A stretch of 64,000 bases of DNA, from IMG/VR virus record IMGVR_UViG_3300032516_000001, positions 177,649 to 241,648 of that record; one strand, 5' to 3'. The position numbers and the translations under genes were made by a program. Shown here piece by piece: positions 1 to 10,763 of this stretch. Positions within the stretch are counted from its first letter, which is position 1. Every line of letters starts with the position of its first letter. The notes below the pieces were generated by a model that searched no databases, was not told the origin of the DNA, and worked only from the letters and a program-made list of their open reading frames with translations.

Positions 1-1465
1 TACCTGGCGTTTTCTCCTTCGGTTTGAAATCATCGGTATTCACGCCATTATATAACACTTTCCATTTTTCGGCCGGAAAACCAGAAGCCGGCTTCATGAA
101 ATTAGCGTGAGAATGAGAAACCACAGCCAGTGTGTCAACATATGACTCCCAGCCGGGTTCGCAGAGACTGAAATCGGTAACCTGTTGATCAAAAAGCCTG
201 AATTGGGTTGGGTTAGCTATTTTCAACGGTTCTGGAGTCATCCATGAACACAAAGCATCCCAATGTTGATCTTTATATATCGATGCCCATTCATCGTAAT
301 TGCAACAAACCACGCGTTCTAAATTAGCTGCTTTAGTAATTCCGGTAAATATTGTTATCCAATGCCCCCTACGAGCCATTTCGAGGGCATACATGATAAA
401 TGTCATTTCAGAACCAGTAAGCCCACGGTCTGATGTCCATATATTATCTACATCCATGGGTGCACGTATCTGAGACGGTGGGAAAAAGAACGCGCACCTA
501 AGCTTTCTACTAGATGGCTGTATTGGATCTACTATTGGTTGTATTTGCTTTATTTGCTCTCGAGTTCTCTTTATTTGCTCTCGAGTTCCTTTTAAATTCC
601 AGTTATTTACAAGTGGATAACCAAGATTTCTCTTTTTATGCCAAATTGCTTCATTTGAGGCATGTGATCTGGATTGCCGTGGAAGAGGAAAAACGCAATC
701 CGCATTAACTACATATACGATATTTGATGGATTGTTAACCCATTGGATACCTTTATTAGTTAATCGATCAGCGACATTGCTATTTTGATAGGCATAAGCC
801 CCATCTAAATCCTCATCCCAGCCATTGATATCGAGAATTGACGCCAATTTGCAGCTTTCATTTTTAGCATAGAAGAAAATAGATGAAATACCACCAATTG
901 GCATAGACAACTTTGGATCATTATTGCCTTTAAGTGGATCTATCAGTAATGAATCAATCGATTCGCATTCTTGATTTAGAATGCTCCACTTATAGTTGTT
1001 GAGCCTCCCGGATCCGATATCAGAAACATATTGATCGACTTGGTTTTCTTGGTATCTCGGAAAATCGGGGCTTAACTCCGGTAAACTCTTATATTGATTG
1101 GGACTTATTAATCCCGCGTTTATCCCATTAGCTTTATGGAACAAAGCATGTGTCTTTACACAATTTGACGGTAACCAAGTGTAATCATTGATAAATAAAA
1201 CGACTTCACTATTGGCATGAACTAAGGCGGTATTTATATATCTACCAAGGCTGTCAAGAGGAAACGGATTACTGATTGGTTCAATATGTCTTACTTTAAA
1301 AGCATACAATTTTTGGATTTCTTCAACCTCATTCTTCCTATATTTATAGATTCCATCCGAAATAATGAGTTCGAAATCAGTGAAAGATTGTTGTGCTAAG
1401 CTATTAAATATGATATCAAGTCCACCAACTCGCATCGTTGGCAGAATAATTGAGATGTACGGCAT
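1..1465 (-). CDS. GT2-GT4 fusion glycosyltransferase (3' end runs off the window; not in the ORF track)
   Basis: Translated by hand from ATG 1465 (GAGG upstream) and open to position 2. MPYISIILPTMRVGGLD...DFELIISD and GWDEDLDG are GT2-like and similar to 5700..6788. GLTGSE...LEMARRGH and VLYNGVNTDDF resemble a GT4 N-terminus. Confidence 0.85.
   Translation of the reverse strand, partial: MPYISIILPTMRVGGLDIIFNSLAQQSFTDFELIISDGIYKYRKNEVEEIQKLYAFKVRHIEPISNPFPLDSLGRYINTALVHANSEVVLFINDYTWLPSNCVKTHALFHKANGINAGLISPNQYKSLPELSPDFPRYQENQVDQYVSDIGSGRLNNYKWSILNQECESIDSLLIDPLKGNNDPKLSMPIGGISSIFFYAKNESCKLASILDINGWDEDLDGAYAYQNSNVADRLTNKGIQWVNNPSNIVYVVNADCVFPLPRQSRSHASNEAIWHKKRNLGYPLVNNWNLKGTREQIKRTREQIKQIQPIVDPIQPSSRKLRCAFFFPPSQIRAPMDVDNIWTSDRGLTGSEMTFIMYALEMARRGHWITIFTGITKAANLERVVCCNYDEWASIYKDQHWDALCSWMTPEPLKIANPTQFRLFDQQVTDFSLCEPGWESYVDTLAVVSHSHANFMKPASGFPAEKWKVLYNGVNTDDFKPKEKTPG
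549..590. repeat. 21-bp tandem duplication in the GT2/GT4 linker
   Basis: tttatttgctctcgagttc(tc/ct) occurs twice and encodes TREQIK twice. Confidence 0.85.
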
Positions 1466-1474
1466 GATATACCT

Positions 1475-2437
1475 CTATGTTGATCTTACTTGAGACTCGA
1501 TCCATTTGTATGTCCGATTCATACCATCTTCAAAACCAATATGCGGTTCCCATTTCAACACACTACGAAGCATTGAGTTATCTGAATTTCTGCCACGAAC
1601 ACCCTGTGGTTTTGATTCGTCATATCGCTTTCTAATAGTCTTTCCGGCAATTTTTGCTACAATATCACACAATTCATTAATGGACACTAAACGATCCGTT
1701 CCAAGATTGATAGGATCGTGGTGATCGGATTCCATCAGACGTATCAATCCATCGACACAATCATCTATGAAACAATATGAACGTGTCTGTTTTCCATCAC
1801 CCCAAACCTCTATTTCATCATTAGACTTCGCTAATGCTATTTTACGGCATATAGCGGCGGGACTTTTTTCACGCCCACCATCATAAGTTCCCAGTGGACC
1901 GTATATATTATGGAACCGTACTACACGCGTATCGAAACCGAGATCTTCACGATAATGACGACATATTCTTTCCATCGTTAATTTTTCCCAGCCATATCCA
2001 TCTTCTGGTAATGCCGGGTATGCGTCCTCTTCACGCAGCGGAATGACGTTTACTTGTTCCTGCATGCTTGTCGGATATATACATGCTGAGGATGAAAATA
2101 GAAGACGTTTCGCATTATGTCTGAATGCTTCCTCGATAACATTCAAGTTAATACGCGAATTATTCACTATTATTTGACATCTGTGGCTCTCAATGAAACC
2201 TATCCCCCCCATATCAGCAGCTAAATGATAAATTCTATCATACGGTTCATCATCGAAAAACTTTTTCACAACAGATTCAGAGCGTAAATCAGTATTTGCG
2301 TAAAATTGGGTAGCAGTTGTCTTCCCAAATTCCGGAAATTTCAAATCCACTCCGGTAACTTCATGGCCATCATTAATTAACCTTGTAGTGAGATGACTCC
2401 CTATAAACCCGCCGGCCCCTGTTACCAGAATTCTCAT
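1475..2437 (-). CDS. NAD-dependent epimerase, GDP-mannose 3,5-epimerase-like
   Basis: GAGGFIG Rossmann motif, LAADMGG, SSACIYP, YGWEK (YxxxK) and GGREKSPAAICRK. Confidence 0.9.
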   Translation of the reverse strand: MRILVTGAGGFIGSHLTTRLINDGHEVTGVDLKFPEFGKTTATQFYANTDLRSESVVKKFFDDEPYDRIYHLAADMGGIGFIESHRCQIIVNNSRINLNVIEEAFRHNAKRLLFSSSACIYPTSMQEQVNVIPLREEDAYPALPEDGYGWEKLTMERICRHYREDLGFDTRVVRFHNIYGPLGTYDGGREKSPAAICRKIALAKSNDEIEVWGDGKQTRSYCFIDDCVDGLIRLMESDHHDPINLGTDRLVSINELCDIVAKIAGKTIRKRYDESKPQGVRGRNSDNSMLRSVLKWEPHIGFEDGMNRTYKWIESQVRST

Positions 2438-2445
2438 TTTATCAC

Positions 2446-3627
2446 CTATAGAGTGCTCGGAATCCTTAGTGACAAATCTAAAACTTTGATCTTAGATGAT
2501 TCAGCTAATCTATTACGAATATCAGGATAATCAACACAGAGTATGACAAAATCAGCATTGTTCACAACGTAATCGATATTCGGCGCATGAATCCAAGATG
2601 GTTTGATTTCAAGAACAATGTTCTTAACAGTTGGGTCATAGACAATCGGGTTTAGTTTCTCAATAGCGTTGGCTATCGTCATACCAACAGCATCAGTTAT
2701 ATCAAGCGCATTGGGCTTATAACCTAAGCCAACAACTGCAATTTTACGATTCGTGACCTCATGTAATTTGACCCATTCAGTAGCTATTTTTGCATATTTA
2801 TTGAGTGTCTGCGCGTGTGAATTCATCACAGCATCAGATGTAGGAGACTGATGGATGTCGTTCCAGATCAAACTATCTCTAGGGAGGCAAGGCCCGCCCG
2901 GAGGAGGGCCGGGTAACATATAACTTGTTCCGCCAATTCTCGGTTCAAATCCAAGTGCTCTGAAAACAACATCGGCATCTGCTCCCAGTTTTGATAGCTT
3001 GGCATTGATATCGTTGCCCCACGCACCACGCGCTGACAAGGTTGCGTTTATTGCTAATTTGGCGCAAGCGATTGAAATGACATTGCCACGCACTTCATTT
3101 GCGCATTTATTGTTCCAAATTGATGCTAATTCATCCTGAAGCTCTTTGCTGTCGACGTCATCACAACCCAAAAACATAATATGAGCATGAGCAAAATCGT
3201 AAGCTACCTGCCCCAATCTGATGAGTGGAGGATTATAGATTATCCGAAGTTTATTGTGACCATTACAAACTTCACGCGCATCGCGTGGGTCTAAAGTTGA
3301 CACCACATTTACTTTATATTTATCAGAAACAATGCTGTCGATTTCATTAATGATATTAGTTATGAATGCCGAAGATAGCGTTTTACCGGATAATGGAGTA
3401 GGTGCTATAACAAACGCCCACTCTGTTTTCTCTACAGCCTCGACAGATGAATCTGCTAAATTGAAATTCCATTCTATATGCTCAAACAGCGGGTTTTCTT
3501 TCCGCCGTAGCTTTCGCATCAACTCTTTATTTACATCGTACCCCCATACTTCGTGACCTAAACATCCAAGGTGATATGCCATGGGAAGACCGACCTTCCC
3601 GAGACCAAAAACGGCAATGCTTGTCAT
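2446..3627 (-). CDS. UDP-glucose/GDP-mannose dehydrogenase family
   Basis: GLGKVGLP, AKLAIN (catalytic Lys), GGPCLPRD (catalytic Cys) and GLGYKPN. Confidence 0.85.
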   Translation of the reverse strand: MTSIAVFGLGKVGLPMAYHLGCLGHEVWGYDVNKELMRKLRRKENPLFEHIEWNFNLADSSVEAVEKTEWAFVIAPTPLSGKTLSSAFITNIINEIDSIVSDKYKVNVVSTLDPRDAREVCNGHNKLRIIYNPPLIRLGQVAYDFAHAHIMFLGCDDVDSKELQDELASIWNNKCANEVRGNVISIACAKLAINATLSARGAWGNDINAKLSKLGADADVVFRALGFEPRIGGTSYMLPGPPPGGPCLPRDSLIWNDIHQSPTSDAVMNSHAQTLNKYAKIATEWVKLHEVTNRKIAVVGLGYKPNALDITDAVGMTIANAIEKLNPIVYDPTVKNIVLEIKPSWIHAPNIDYVVNNADFVILCVDYPDIRNRLAESSKIKVLDLSLRIPSTL

Positions 3628-3628
3628 T

Positions 3629-4936
3629 TCATTTTCCCTGTTTCAGTGCCTGCATTTTGAATTCCCACGCGTTATAGTGGCCCAATCTAGAAATATCAAC
3701 AAACCCAATTTTTCTTAACAGTGACTCTAAGGATGACTCGGTGTATCCCCATAAATGAAAATCGGCGTCATAAGTATTTCCACGCGTTCCCCAAATACAT
3801 GTTGCCCATTCATCAACCATCCCATCAGCAATAATCCTCTTTAATGCGAATTCCATATCAGTTACCATTATATATAACGATCCACCAGGTCGTAGTATGC
3901 GTAAACACTCATTTAGAACTTTCTCGCCAGCCTCGGCTGACAAATGATTGATCAGATGGATCATTTTAATCTTATCGGCGTGTCCATCGTGAAGTGGAAT
4001 AATACCTTTGCTAAGATCACATACAATATCAACCCCTGGAATTGCCCTAACATCTACATTGGGATGATAAACATCAGCAGAACCGCCACCCCCTAATTCG
4101 ACCCACGTCGATTGCCCACACGTAGAACATGTCGGGCCAACACCCCCTGGTGGCGGCATCGGACCAATTGCTTGATACTGTCGTACGTCCATACTCCGCT
4201 TTACATCAACTTGGCTGGAGTACATCTCATCATCTTTGATAAATTTTGCCCACATATAAGAATTACCATTGAAAATCCTGTAATGTTCGAGTTTCAATCC
4301 AAGCAGGGCTTGTAACTGTTCTATTGTATACCCTCTATTGTACGGACCTTCGTTAGTAAGTGCATTCTCATAAGGATAGTAAACTGTCGTATAAACCATG
4401 CAGAGAAATGTGCCACCGGGTTTAAGACATCGTTTAAATAATTCAACTACATATTGAACTTTTCCCGGTTGTATAGCATGCAAAACCCCATCCAAAAGTA
4501 TTAAATCAAACATTCCTAACTGATTAATATCATCATATTCTTTAAGCAAAACAGCTTTTGATGGATAACCTTCTAAAATTTTCGAGGTTAACTGCACATT
4601 TGAAGGAGTTATATCGACAGCAATAACATCCGCACCAGCTTGTGACATATAAAGTGAATCAACACCCATGCCACAGCCAAAATCCAAAACCCGCAAGCCT
4701 TTAAGATTTATAGCTAAAAGTTCTTCATAATAAATCTCACCTGTAAGAACTTTGTCCCAACGCATTCTGTTACGGAATTCCCAGTGTTCTTTAACATGTC
4801 GCTTTGTATCTTCGATATTATTAAGTGCGTCACTAGTTTTCTGAGCTGGTCCATCATCCCAAAAACACGCGTCCCAATATGCTATGGAATCCCGACTGAT
4901 TTGCGAATTTTCGTTCTTCATCGCATGGCCTTCCAT
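3629..4936 (-). CDS. Tandem class I SAM methyltransferase (two domains)
   Basis: First domain VLDFGCGMG...LKPGG. Second domain VELGGG...HLINHL...RILRPGG. The start could be 4921. Confidence 0.8.
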   Translation of the reverse strand: MEGHAMKNENSQISRDSIAYWDACFWDDGPAQKTSDALNNIEDTKRHVKEHWEFRNRMRWDKVLTGEIYYEELLAINLKGLRVLDFGCGMGVDSLYMSQAGADVIAVDITPSNVQLTSKILEGYPSKAVLLKEYDDINQLGMFDLILLDGVLHAIQPGKVQYVVELFKRCLKPGGTFLCMVYTTVYYPYENALTNEGPYNRGYTIEQLQALLGLKLEHYRIFNGNSYMWAKFIKDDEMYSSQVDVKRSMDVRQYQAIGPMPPPGGVGPTCSTCGQSTWVELGGGGSADVYHPNVDVRAIPGVDIVCDLSKGIIPLHDGHADKIKMIHLINHLSAEAGEKVLNECLRILRPGGSLYIMVTDMEFALKRIIADGMVDEWATCIWGTRGNTYDADFHLWGYTESSLESLLRKIGFVDISRLGHYNAWEFKMQALKQGK

Positions 4937-4938
4937 CT

Positions 4939-5685
4939 TTACACAAATTCATTCGGAATGCATAGCAGATCAACACTGATAGGCGCACCGTGAGGTGAAA
5001 TACTTGCTATGTCGCTAGGCGTAGTTAAATTATTGGGGACCCTTGATATCGTTGTTACTGAATAATTCTCATTTAAAAGAAGTTTTCCGAGTTCAAATGA
5101 AGAATCTCCGACTTTATCCATGGTATAATTACATACTTCAACTACCATAGATGGCCTATATTTACGCAAACATTCTAAAGAACCACGTAATACGCGCAAT
5201 TCCCACCCATCAACGTCAATTTTGATGAAAGTTGGCTCTATATTTAGAATTGATACTATTTGATCTGTTGTTAACACCTCTACTGTAAATGGCTTTGCTT
5301 CCTTGAGTTCTACATAGGGTAAAAAATATTGGTTGTTCTTATTCAATTCATGATCCGGTGATAATAATGTCCAATGTCCTTGATGAACTACACTAATTGG
5401 GTTGCATGTCCGGCAATCGGATAAAGCTGCCCTGATGCATGTAACATTATTATATGTGAGATTTTGTACACGATTAACTAAACATGCGAATGCTTTAGGA
5501 CCCGGTTCTACGGCTACGACTTTTCCATCGTGGGAAGCTTCTATAGCCAACGGAATGGTTAAATCTCCTACGTTAGCCCCTATATCAATGATTACACATT
5601 TACCAAATCTTTTGATATAATTACGAAATGATGACAACAAATCAGTCTCATTGTAATTAGAAGCTATTTCACTGATAATATTCAT
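4939..5685 (-). CDS. FkbM family methyltransferase
   Basis: IDIGANVG, VAVEP and FIKIDVDGWE. Confidence 0.85.
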   Translation of the reverse strand: MNIISEIASNYNETDLLSSFRNYIKRFGKCVIIDIGANVGDLTIPLAIEASHDGKVVAVEPGPKAFACLVNRVQNLTYNNVTCIRAALSDCRTCNPISVVHQGHWTLLSPDHELNKNNQYFLPYVELKEAKPFTVEVLTTDQIVSILNIEPTFIKIDVDGWELRVLRGSLECLRKYRPSMVVEVCNYTMDKVGDSSFELGKLLLNENYSVTTISRVPNNLTTPSDIASISPHGAPISVDLLCIPNEFV

Positions 5686-5699
5686 AGTCTACTATCCAA

Positions 5700-6788
5700 T
5701 CATGGCGACTCTGGCCATATTTCACATCCCCAGTATTCTAAGTCACTAACGTCTATTGATTTTACCGGATGATTTCGCTCTTCTCTCCATAAATCTAAAC
5801 GCGATGCGAGTTCATCCATAATGTAATTATTTTTAGCATGACATATTTTTGAACGGTCATTTGACGCGTGTATTTCATTTCTACGCATCTCGTTGTAGTT
5901 CATTCCGTCTCTAAAACTCCACCTTCCTTCAATGCGTTCCTCCATGCCTCCCCATGGCAAAGATCCACAAATCCAGCGTGGATTTGGAACGATCGGGTCT
6001 TTCATTCTAGGTTCCCACCACAAATTGAGTCCAAGACCTTCAATCCTTATTGCAAAATCAGTATCCATCGGACCTTTCCCCCGTTCCAAACGTTCATCAA
6101 GGCCGCCCAATCTCCACAAGGTGTCACGCCTCATAGATTCATTTTTAACATGAATCCAACTAGGCGCCTTGGTACCCGGAACATTCCCAGACATAAGACG
6201 TCGGGAGTCTTGAATTTGATCCTGCCCGTGAACTTTTAAGGATGGAATAATCGAAGAATCGAAAGGTCCATCCTGGAATATAAACATTTCTGGTAAAATT
6301 CCGCCCTCGATTACTGGCGATGTAGTAACACAATGACCCGAATATCCAGATAAAGATGAATGGGCGTATTCCTTAGAAAAATCATAATCTCTCAGTAATT
6401 TTAATTTTGGAAGATCCGTATGCAGATATGGACCGATTAAATACAGATTATCTCTTTGTGAATGGTATTCAAGATGAGATTCGATCCACTCAGGATGACA
6501 ATAACAATAATCCTGTAATATTAGGATGTATTCACCACGCGCAAGAGCAAAAGCAGTGTTCCACGCAGAACAGAACGTAGTCCATTTACCATTACGTCTA
6601 TGTTCTGGTACGTGAATGCACTTAATTCCATATTTATTCGCTAAATCAATCACTTCGGAATGACGCTTTTCATAACGGTTATCACATATGATTAATTCGA
6701 AATCTTTAAAATTCTGATCTCGCATGCCAGCAAGAGTAATATCTAAACCGCCAGGTCTAAATGTAGAAACGCATACCGAAACTTTCAT
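5700..6788 (-). CDS. Glycosyltransferase family 2
   Basis: VSVCVST...DFELIICD, WNTAFALARGEYILILQD and LGGLDE. Confidence 0.85.
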   Translation of the reverse strand: MKVSVCVSTFRPGGLDITLAGMRDQNFKDFELIICDNRYEKRHSEVIDLANKYGIKCIHVPEHRRNGKWTTFCSAWNTAFALARGEYILILQDYCYCHPEWIESHLEYHSQRDNLYLIGPYLHTDLPKLKLLRDYDFSKEYAHSSLSGYSGHCVTTSPVIEGGILPEMFIFQDGPFDSSIIPSLKVHGQDQIQDSRRLMSGNVPGTKAPSWIHVKNESMRRDTLWRLGGLDERLERGKGPMDTDFAIRIEGLGLNLWWEPRMKDPIVPNPRWICGSLPWGGMEERIEGRWSFRDGMNYNEMRRNEIHASNDRSKICHAKNNYIMDELASRLDLWREERNHPVKSIDVSDLEYWGCEIWPESP

Positions 6789-6809
6789 GTGATTACTATA
6801 CTATACGAA

Positions 6810-7502
6810 TTAAGTTATTGGGAAATAGAGGCTATGGGAAATAGGACCACATGGAATAGTTGAAATCTCATTATATTTTACTCCAAATTTCCCACCAATA
6901 AGAGAATCTCGAATTTCTTCATAAATAGATGCACGTTTAAAAACATGGTTCTCAACTTGGATTTTCGGATGAAATTCAGATATAAGATTTTTTGATCCTT
7001 TTAAAACTTCTACCTCAGCCCCCTCAACATCTAATTTCATCCAATCCACGCGCGATAGATTAACCGAAGTCATCCATGAATCGATGATAGTCACCGGAAT
7101 GATATAACCATCACAGATCCCGGGATCCATGGAGAAAAATTCTTGTGTCATAGTATGCAACCAACCATCACGATCATAGACTCCGGATTCAATGACACAA
7201 CATTTATCGGACCACCCATTCAATGCTAAAGTTTTACGCAGTATATTTGCCTCTGATTCATCACCAGTTCCTTGAGGAGACCAGGCCCATACGTAAGAAG
7301 CTCCTTGCGCTAAAGCTGTAACTGTATATGAACCATAGGCTGCTCCGACGTCGAGGACGACATCCCCCGGGAGTATATGCCAATACGCCTCTCTAACAGA
7401 CGCCTCATCTTCAAATGTGTACCAAGTCGGGTGTTTTGGAATATTATCTAAACAAACGATTTTGTATGATTTTCCCCGAAACGTAAACTCTTTAATAGAC
7501 AT
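6810..7502 (-). CDS. FkbM family methyltransferase (paralog A)
   Basis: VLDVGAAYG and WMKLDVEGAE. Confidence 0.85.
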   Translation of the reverse strand: MSIKEFTFRGKSYKIVCLDNIPKHPTWYTFEDEASVREAYWHILPGDVVLDVGAAYGSYTVTALAQGASYVWAWSPQGTGDESEANILRKTLALNGWSDKCCVIESGVYDRDGWLHTMTQEFFSMDPGICDGYIIPVTIIDSWMTSVNLSRVDWMKLDVEGAEVEVLKGSKNLISEFHPKIQVENHVFKRASIYEEIRDSLIGGKFGVKYNEISTIPCGPISHSLYFPIT

Positions 7503-7506
7503 GGAA

Positions 7507-8226
7507 TTAGATTATTGGGAAGTATAGACTATGGGAAATGAAATGATATGAAACAGTCGAGATTTCCCTATATCTTATCCCCAGTTTTCCTTCAACAAGA
7601 AGATCATAAACCTCTTGATACAAAGATGCGCGTCTAAAAAGGTGATTTTCAACGAGAATCTTTGGACAAAAATTAGATATTAGATTCTTAGCGCCTTTTA
7701 TAACTTCTCCTTCGGCCCCCTCAACGTCTAACTTCATCCAATCTACGCGCGATAGATTAACCGAAGTCATCCATGAATCGATCGTAGTTACCGGAATAAC
7801 ATCCAGAGGTAATCCGTTTGCCGGCCCATCCGGAATTGCGGGAGAGTCAGCATAAAATTCTTGTGTATCAACGTTTAACCAACCATCACGATCATAGACT
7901 CCAGATTCAATAACACAACATTTATCAGCCCATCCATTTAGCGCTAAAGTCTCACGCATCAACTGTGCCCCGGTATCAATGACCCCTCTTCCCGTATAAG
8001 GAGACCAAGCCCATACATAAGAGGCCCCCTGAGACAAAGCCGGCATCGTGTATGAGCCGTAGGAAGCCCCGATATCGAAAACAACATCATCCGGGAGTAT
8101 GTGCCAATTCCTATCTCTAACGGATGACTCATCTTCGAATGAATACCAACTCGGGTGGTCCTTGGTTTCTGTAGTATAAGCGATCTTATACATCTTTCCT
8201 CGAAACGTGAGTTCTTTTATGAGCAT
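7507..8226 (-). CDS. FkbM family methyltransferase (paralog B)
   Basis: VFDIGASYG and WMKLDVEGAE. Highly similar to the adjacent gene. Confidence 0.85.
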   Translation of the reverse strand: MLIKELTFRGKMYKIAYTTETKDHPSWYSFEDESSVRDRNWHILPDDVVFDIGASYGSYTMPALSQGASYVWAWSPYTGRGVIDTGAQLMRETLALNGWADKCCVIESGVYDRDGWLNVDTQEFYADSPAIPDGPANGLPLDVIPVTTIDSWMTSVNLSRVDWMKLDVEGAEGEVIKGAKNLISNFCPKILVENHLFRRASLYQEVYDLLVEGKLGIRYREISTVSYHFISHSLYFPII

Positions 8227-8234
8227 ATGGCTAC

Positions 8235-10715
8235 CTAACTAGCTGCTTTATACATAGGAACGATGTTTTGTTCGACATCCTTAATAATGTCGTATAACAT
8301 TTTCTCCCAATCAACAGCAAGAGAATCCCATCCGAAATTATTCTTGGCGTATTGTTGCAGGGATATTCTATCTTCGTTCCCAAATTTAGTCATTGCCTGT
8401 ATAACAGCATTGGTCCATTTGTCTTGATAATCTTCTGAAAGCCAATCACCAGGAATCATATAACCACGCGGACCAACCGTTTCGTTCAAAGCGGCGATCG
8501 GTGACGTCACCATTCGTAATCCGGCCGCTTGTGCTTCCATAGCAGTAATACAGCTTGATTCGGAAAACCATGTCGAATATGCCCAAACACCTGAAGAAAG
8601 AAACTCTTTAGCTAATTCTATTTGGTTAATTCTGTCTTTGAAAAATATCCCGTATTTTTTACCATCTTCAAGTTGTTGCTTTAAACGAGCAATCAAAGCA
8701 AGTTGACCACGATCATTCATACTCGTGGCTGAAACCTCCCAATTTTTAAATCCATAAAATACATGTAATTCCGCATCAACAATTTTTTCACGAATCCTGG
8801 GCCAACAACACATAGCAACTTCAAGACCACGATCCGGGCTTGAACTATAAACGGCTTTATGCGGGTTACGATCAATTTTGAAATTAAACCTATCTAAATC
8901 TATACCATTACGGGTAGTAATAACCTGAGATGGATGAACAAATTTGTGAACAGACAAGAAGAAATCGTGGTGCCACTCACTAAGAACCAAGAATCGGTCG
9001 ATTTTCAACGCTCGTTCATGAGTAAGGGCGCCTCCAAGATGAATATCATGTACCCAACAAAACGATACCTTATATTTGATATTATATTCACTATCCATTA
9101 TATGTGGACGGCGTGAAGTAATGAATACGTCGCATTCTATGTTTCTACAATTAGTATGATGTATGTAATCAACACCATCATACTTCCCCTCAATTCCTAA
9201 ACAATCCCCGTAAACACGTACTTTGTGTCCTTTAGCTGCCAGTCTCTTTCCCATCTCGATGACAGCAGTTTCTGATCCGCCAATACCACCATCACGCATA
9301 GTTGCCGGCGTCCATGGTTCACAACTATTTCCTATATAGAATACTATATCCAGTTTTGGTGCGACAGAAGTTTCTAATTTTGGCGTAACAGGAGTATCTG
9401 ACTGTGCGACGCTCGATCCAGACGTAGTTGAACAAACTTTAGGAATAGTCTCAGACTCACCTACAAACGAAATAGATGCTCTTCCATGAATAACGTTTAT
9501 GACGAAACTTCTTACTTGTTCATCGATTACATTGCTATTCAATAACGTATTCAGACCCTGCTCTATTTTCTGTCGTGCAAAGAATTCTTCATATAATTTT
9601 TTGTTCAAAAGTAAACTGTCATCAGGTTTAATCAATAGTGCCTTATTCACACTTTCAAGAGCACCGCCTACATCTCCTATTTTATTTAGAGCTAGATTTA
9701 GATAACGGTGAATATCAAAATCTCGTTCGATTGGATTAACAAACAGAATAGTTTTTGTAGGCGGAAGCTGTAGTCCTAATTTAGCAAAATGAACGCTTTT
9801 CTCCCAATTTCGGTGTTCATTTGGTCCGCCCCGCTGTGCTAGATAATAATAACTCTTGGCTAGAGAAAAATAAGCTTCGGCCCAACCCTCGCGCACAGTT
9901 AACGCTTTAAGTGCCCATTCGACAGCATTATCATAGTCACCCCTATTTTGATAATGCTTGGCAATCTCGAGACATGCTAAAAATTTTTCATCGTCCCATC
10001 CTGATAATTCAACATAACGCTTATGAAATTTGATAGAACTTTCTATATCACCATTGTTTGCATACTCCAACCCAAGGTAATATAATTGTCGTATATCTGA
10101 TTCGCCAACCTTTGCAAAATGAGCCTTGAGAATTCTTAAGTTTCTGCCGGACTCAATAACCTTGCCCGATTGCATTCTGCGATGGATAATTGTTATACTG
10201 TCTTTTTGGTCCATCCATGTAGATCGTTTTGGTACTAACACTTCATGGACCGGGCCAGTCCATTTAAAAGCTTCTTTAGGAGTTACAATTCTTTCTCGAT
10301 AGTGGTAGCAAGTAATATTGCCTTTTTCATCATGAGCATACTCATACGGTAACATGACGAGAGTGGGTCTATCTCCTCGTTTAGAATCGTATTCTTTGAT
10401 TAATCCATCTATGTTTTCAGCGCCGCGAACTTCATCATCTCCATCAATCCACATCACCCAAGGCTGTGTGGCTAAGTCAAAGCTGCGCTGTCGAGCTTCA
10501 GCGAAATTTTCAATTCTGCCTTGGTCGTCATTACATTCAGTAAAAACCTCAACTTTGTTCGCGAAAGATCTAGCTATTTCAACAGTTGAGTCTGTTGATC
10601 CAGTATCAACTATTATTATCTCAGTTACGTATGGTCTTATTGATTGTAAGCAAGCGCCGATTTGACTTGCTTCATTTTTTACAATTAAACATACAGATAC
10701 CGGAGCTGGTGACAT
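8235..10715 (-). CDS. GT2-TPR-GT4 glycosyltransferase
   Basis: SVCLIVKNE, VDTGSTD, WIDGDD and GPVHE (GT2); TPR-like helices; GIGGSE, SSSPDRGL and ESSCITAMEAQAAG (GT4). Confidence 0.9.
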   Translation of the reverse strand: MSPAPVSVCLIVKNEASQIGACLQSIRPYVTEIIIVDTGSTDSTVEIARSFANKVEVFTECNDDQGRIENFAEARQRSFDLATQPWVMWIDGDDEVRGAENIDGLIKEYDSKRGDRPTLVMLPYEYAHDEKGNITCYHYRERIVTPKEAFKWTGPVHEVLVPKRSTWMDQKDSITIIHRRMQSGKVIESGRNLRILKAHFAKVGESDIRQLYYLGLEYANNGDIESSIKFHKRYVELSGWDDEKFLACLEIAKHYQNRGDYDNAVEWALKALTVREGWAEAYFSLAKSYYYLAQRGGPNEHRNWEKSVHFAKLGLQLPPTKTILFVNPIERDFDIHRYLNLALNKIGDVGGALESVNKALLIKPDDSLLLNKKLYEEFFARQKIEQGLNTLLNSNVIDEQVRSFVINVIHGRASISFVGESETIPKVCSTTSGSSVAQSDTPVTPKLETSVAPKLDIVFYIGNSCEPWTPATMRDGGIGGSETAVIEMGKRLAAKGHKVRVYGDCLGIEGKYDGVDYIHHTNCRNIECDVFITSRRPHIMDSEYNIKYKVSFCWVHDIHLGGALTHERALKIDRFLVLSEWHHDFFLSVHKFVHPSQVITTRNGIDLDRFNFKIDRNPHKAVYSSSPDRGLEVAMCCWPRIREKIVDAELHVFYGFKNWEVSATSMNDRGQLALIARLKQQLEDGKKYGIFFKDRINQIELAKEFLSSGVWAYSTWFSESSCITAMEAQAAGLRMVTSPIAALNETVGPRGYMIPGDWLSEDYQDKWTNAVIQAMTKFGNEDRISLQQYAKNNFGWDSLAVDWEKMLYDIIKDVEQNIVPMYKAAS

Positions 10716-10763
10716 ATCAAAACGATACCGGTGTTAGGCTCTGTTAATAATCAGACATCGATA

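Noticed and set aside
514-708. 64-aa plus-strand ORF
   Set aside because: It is antisense to the long glycosyltransferase frame 1..1465.
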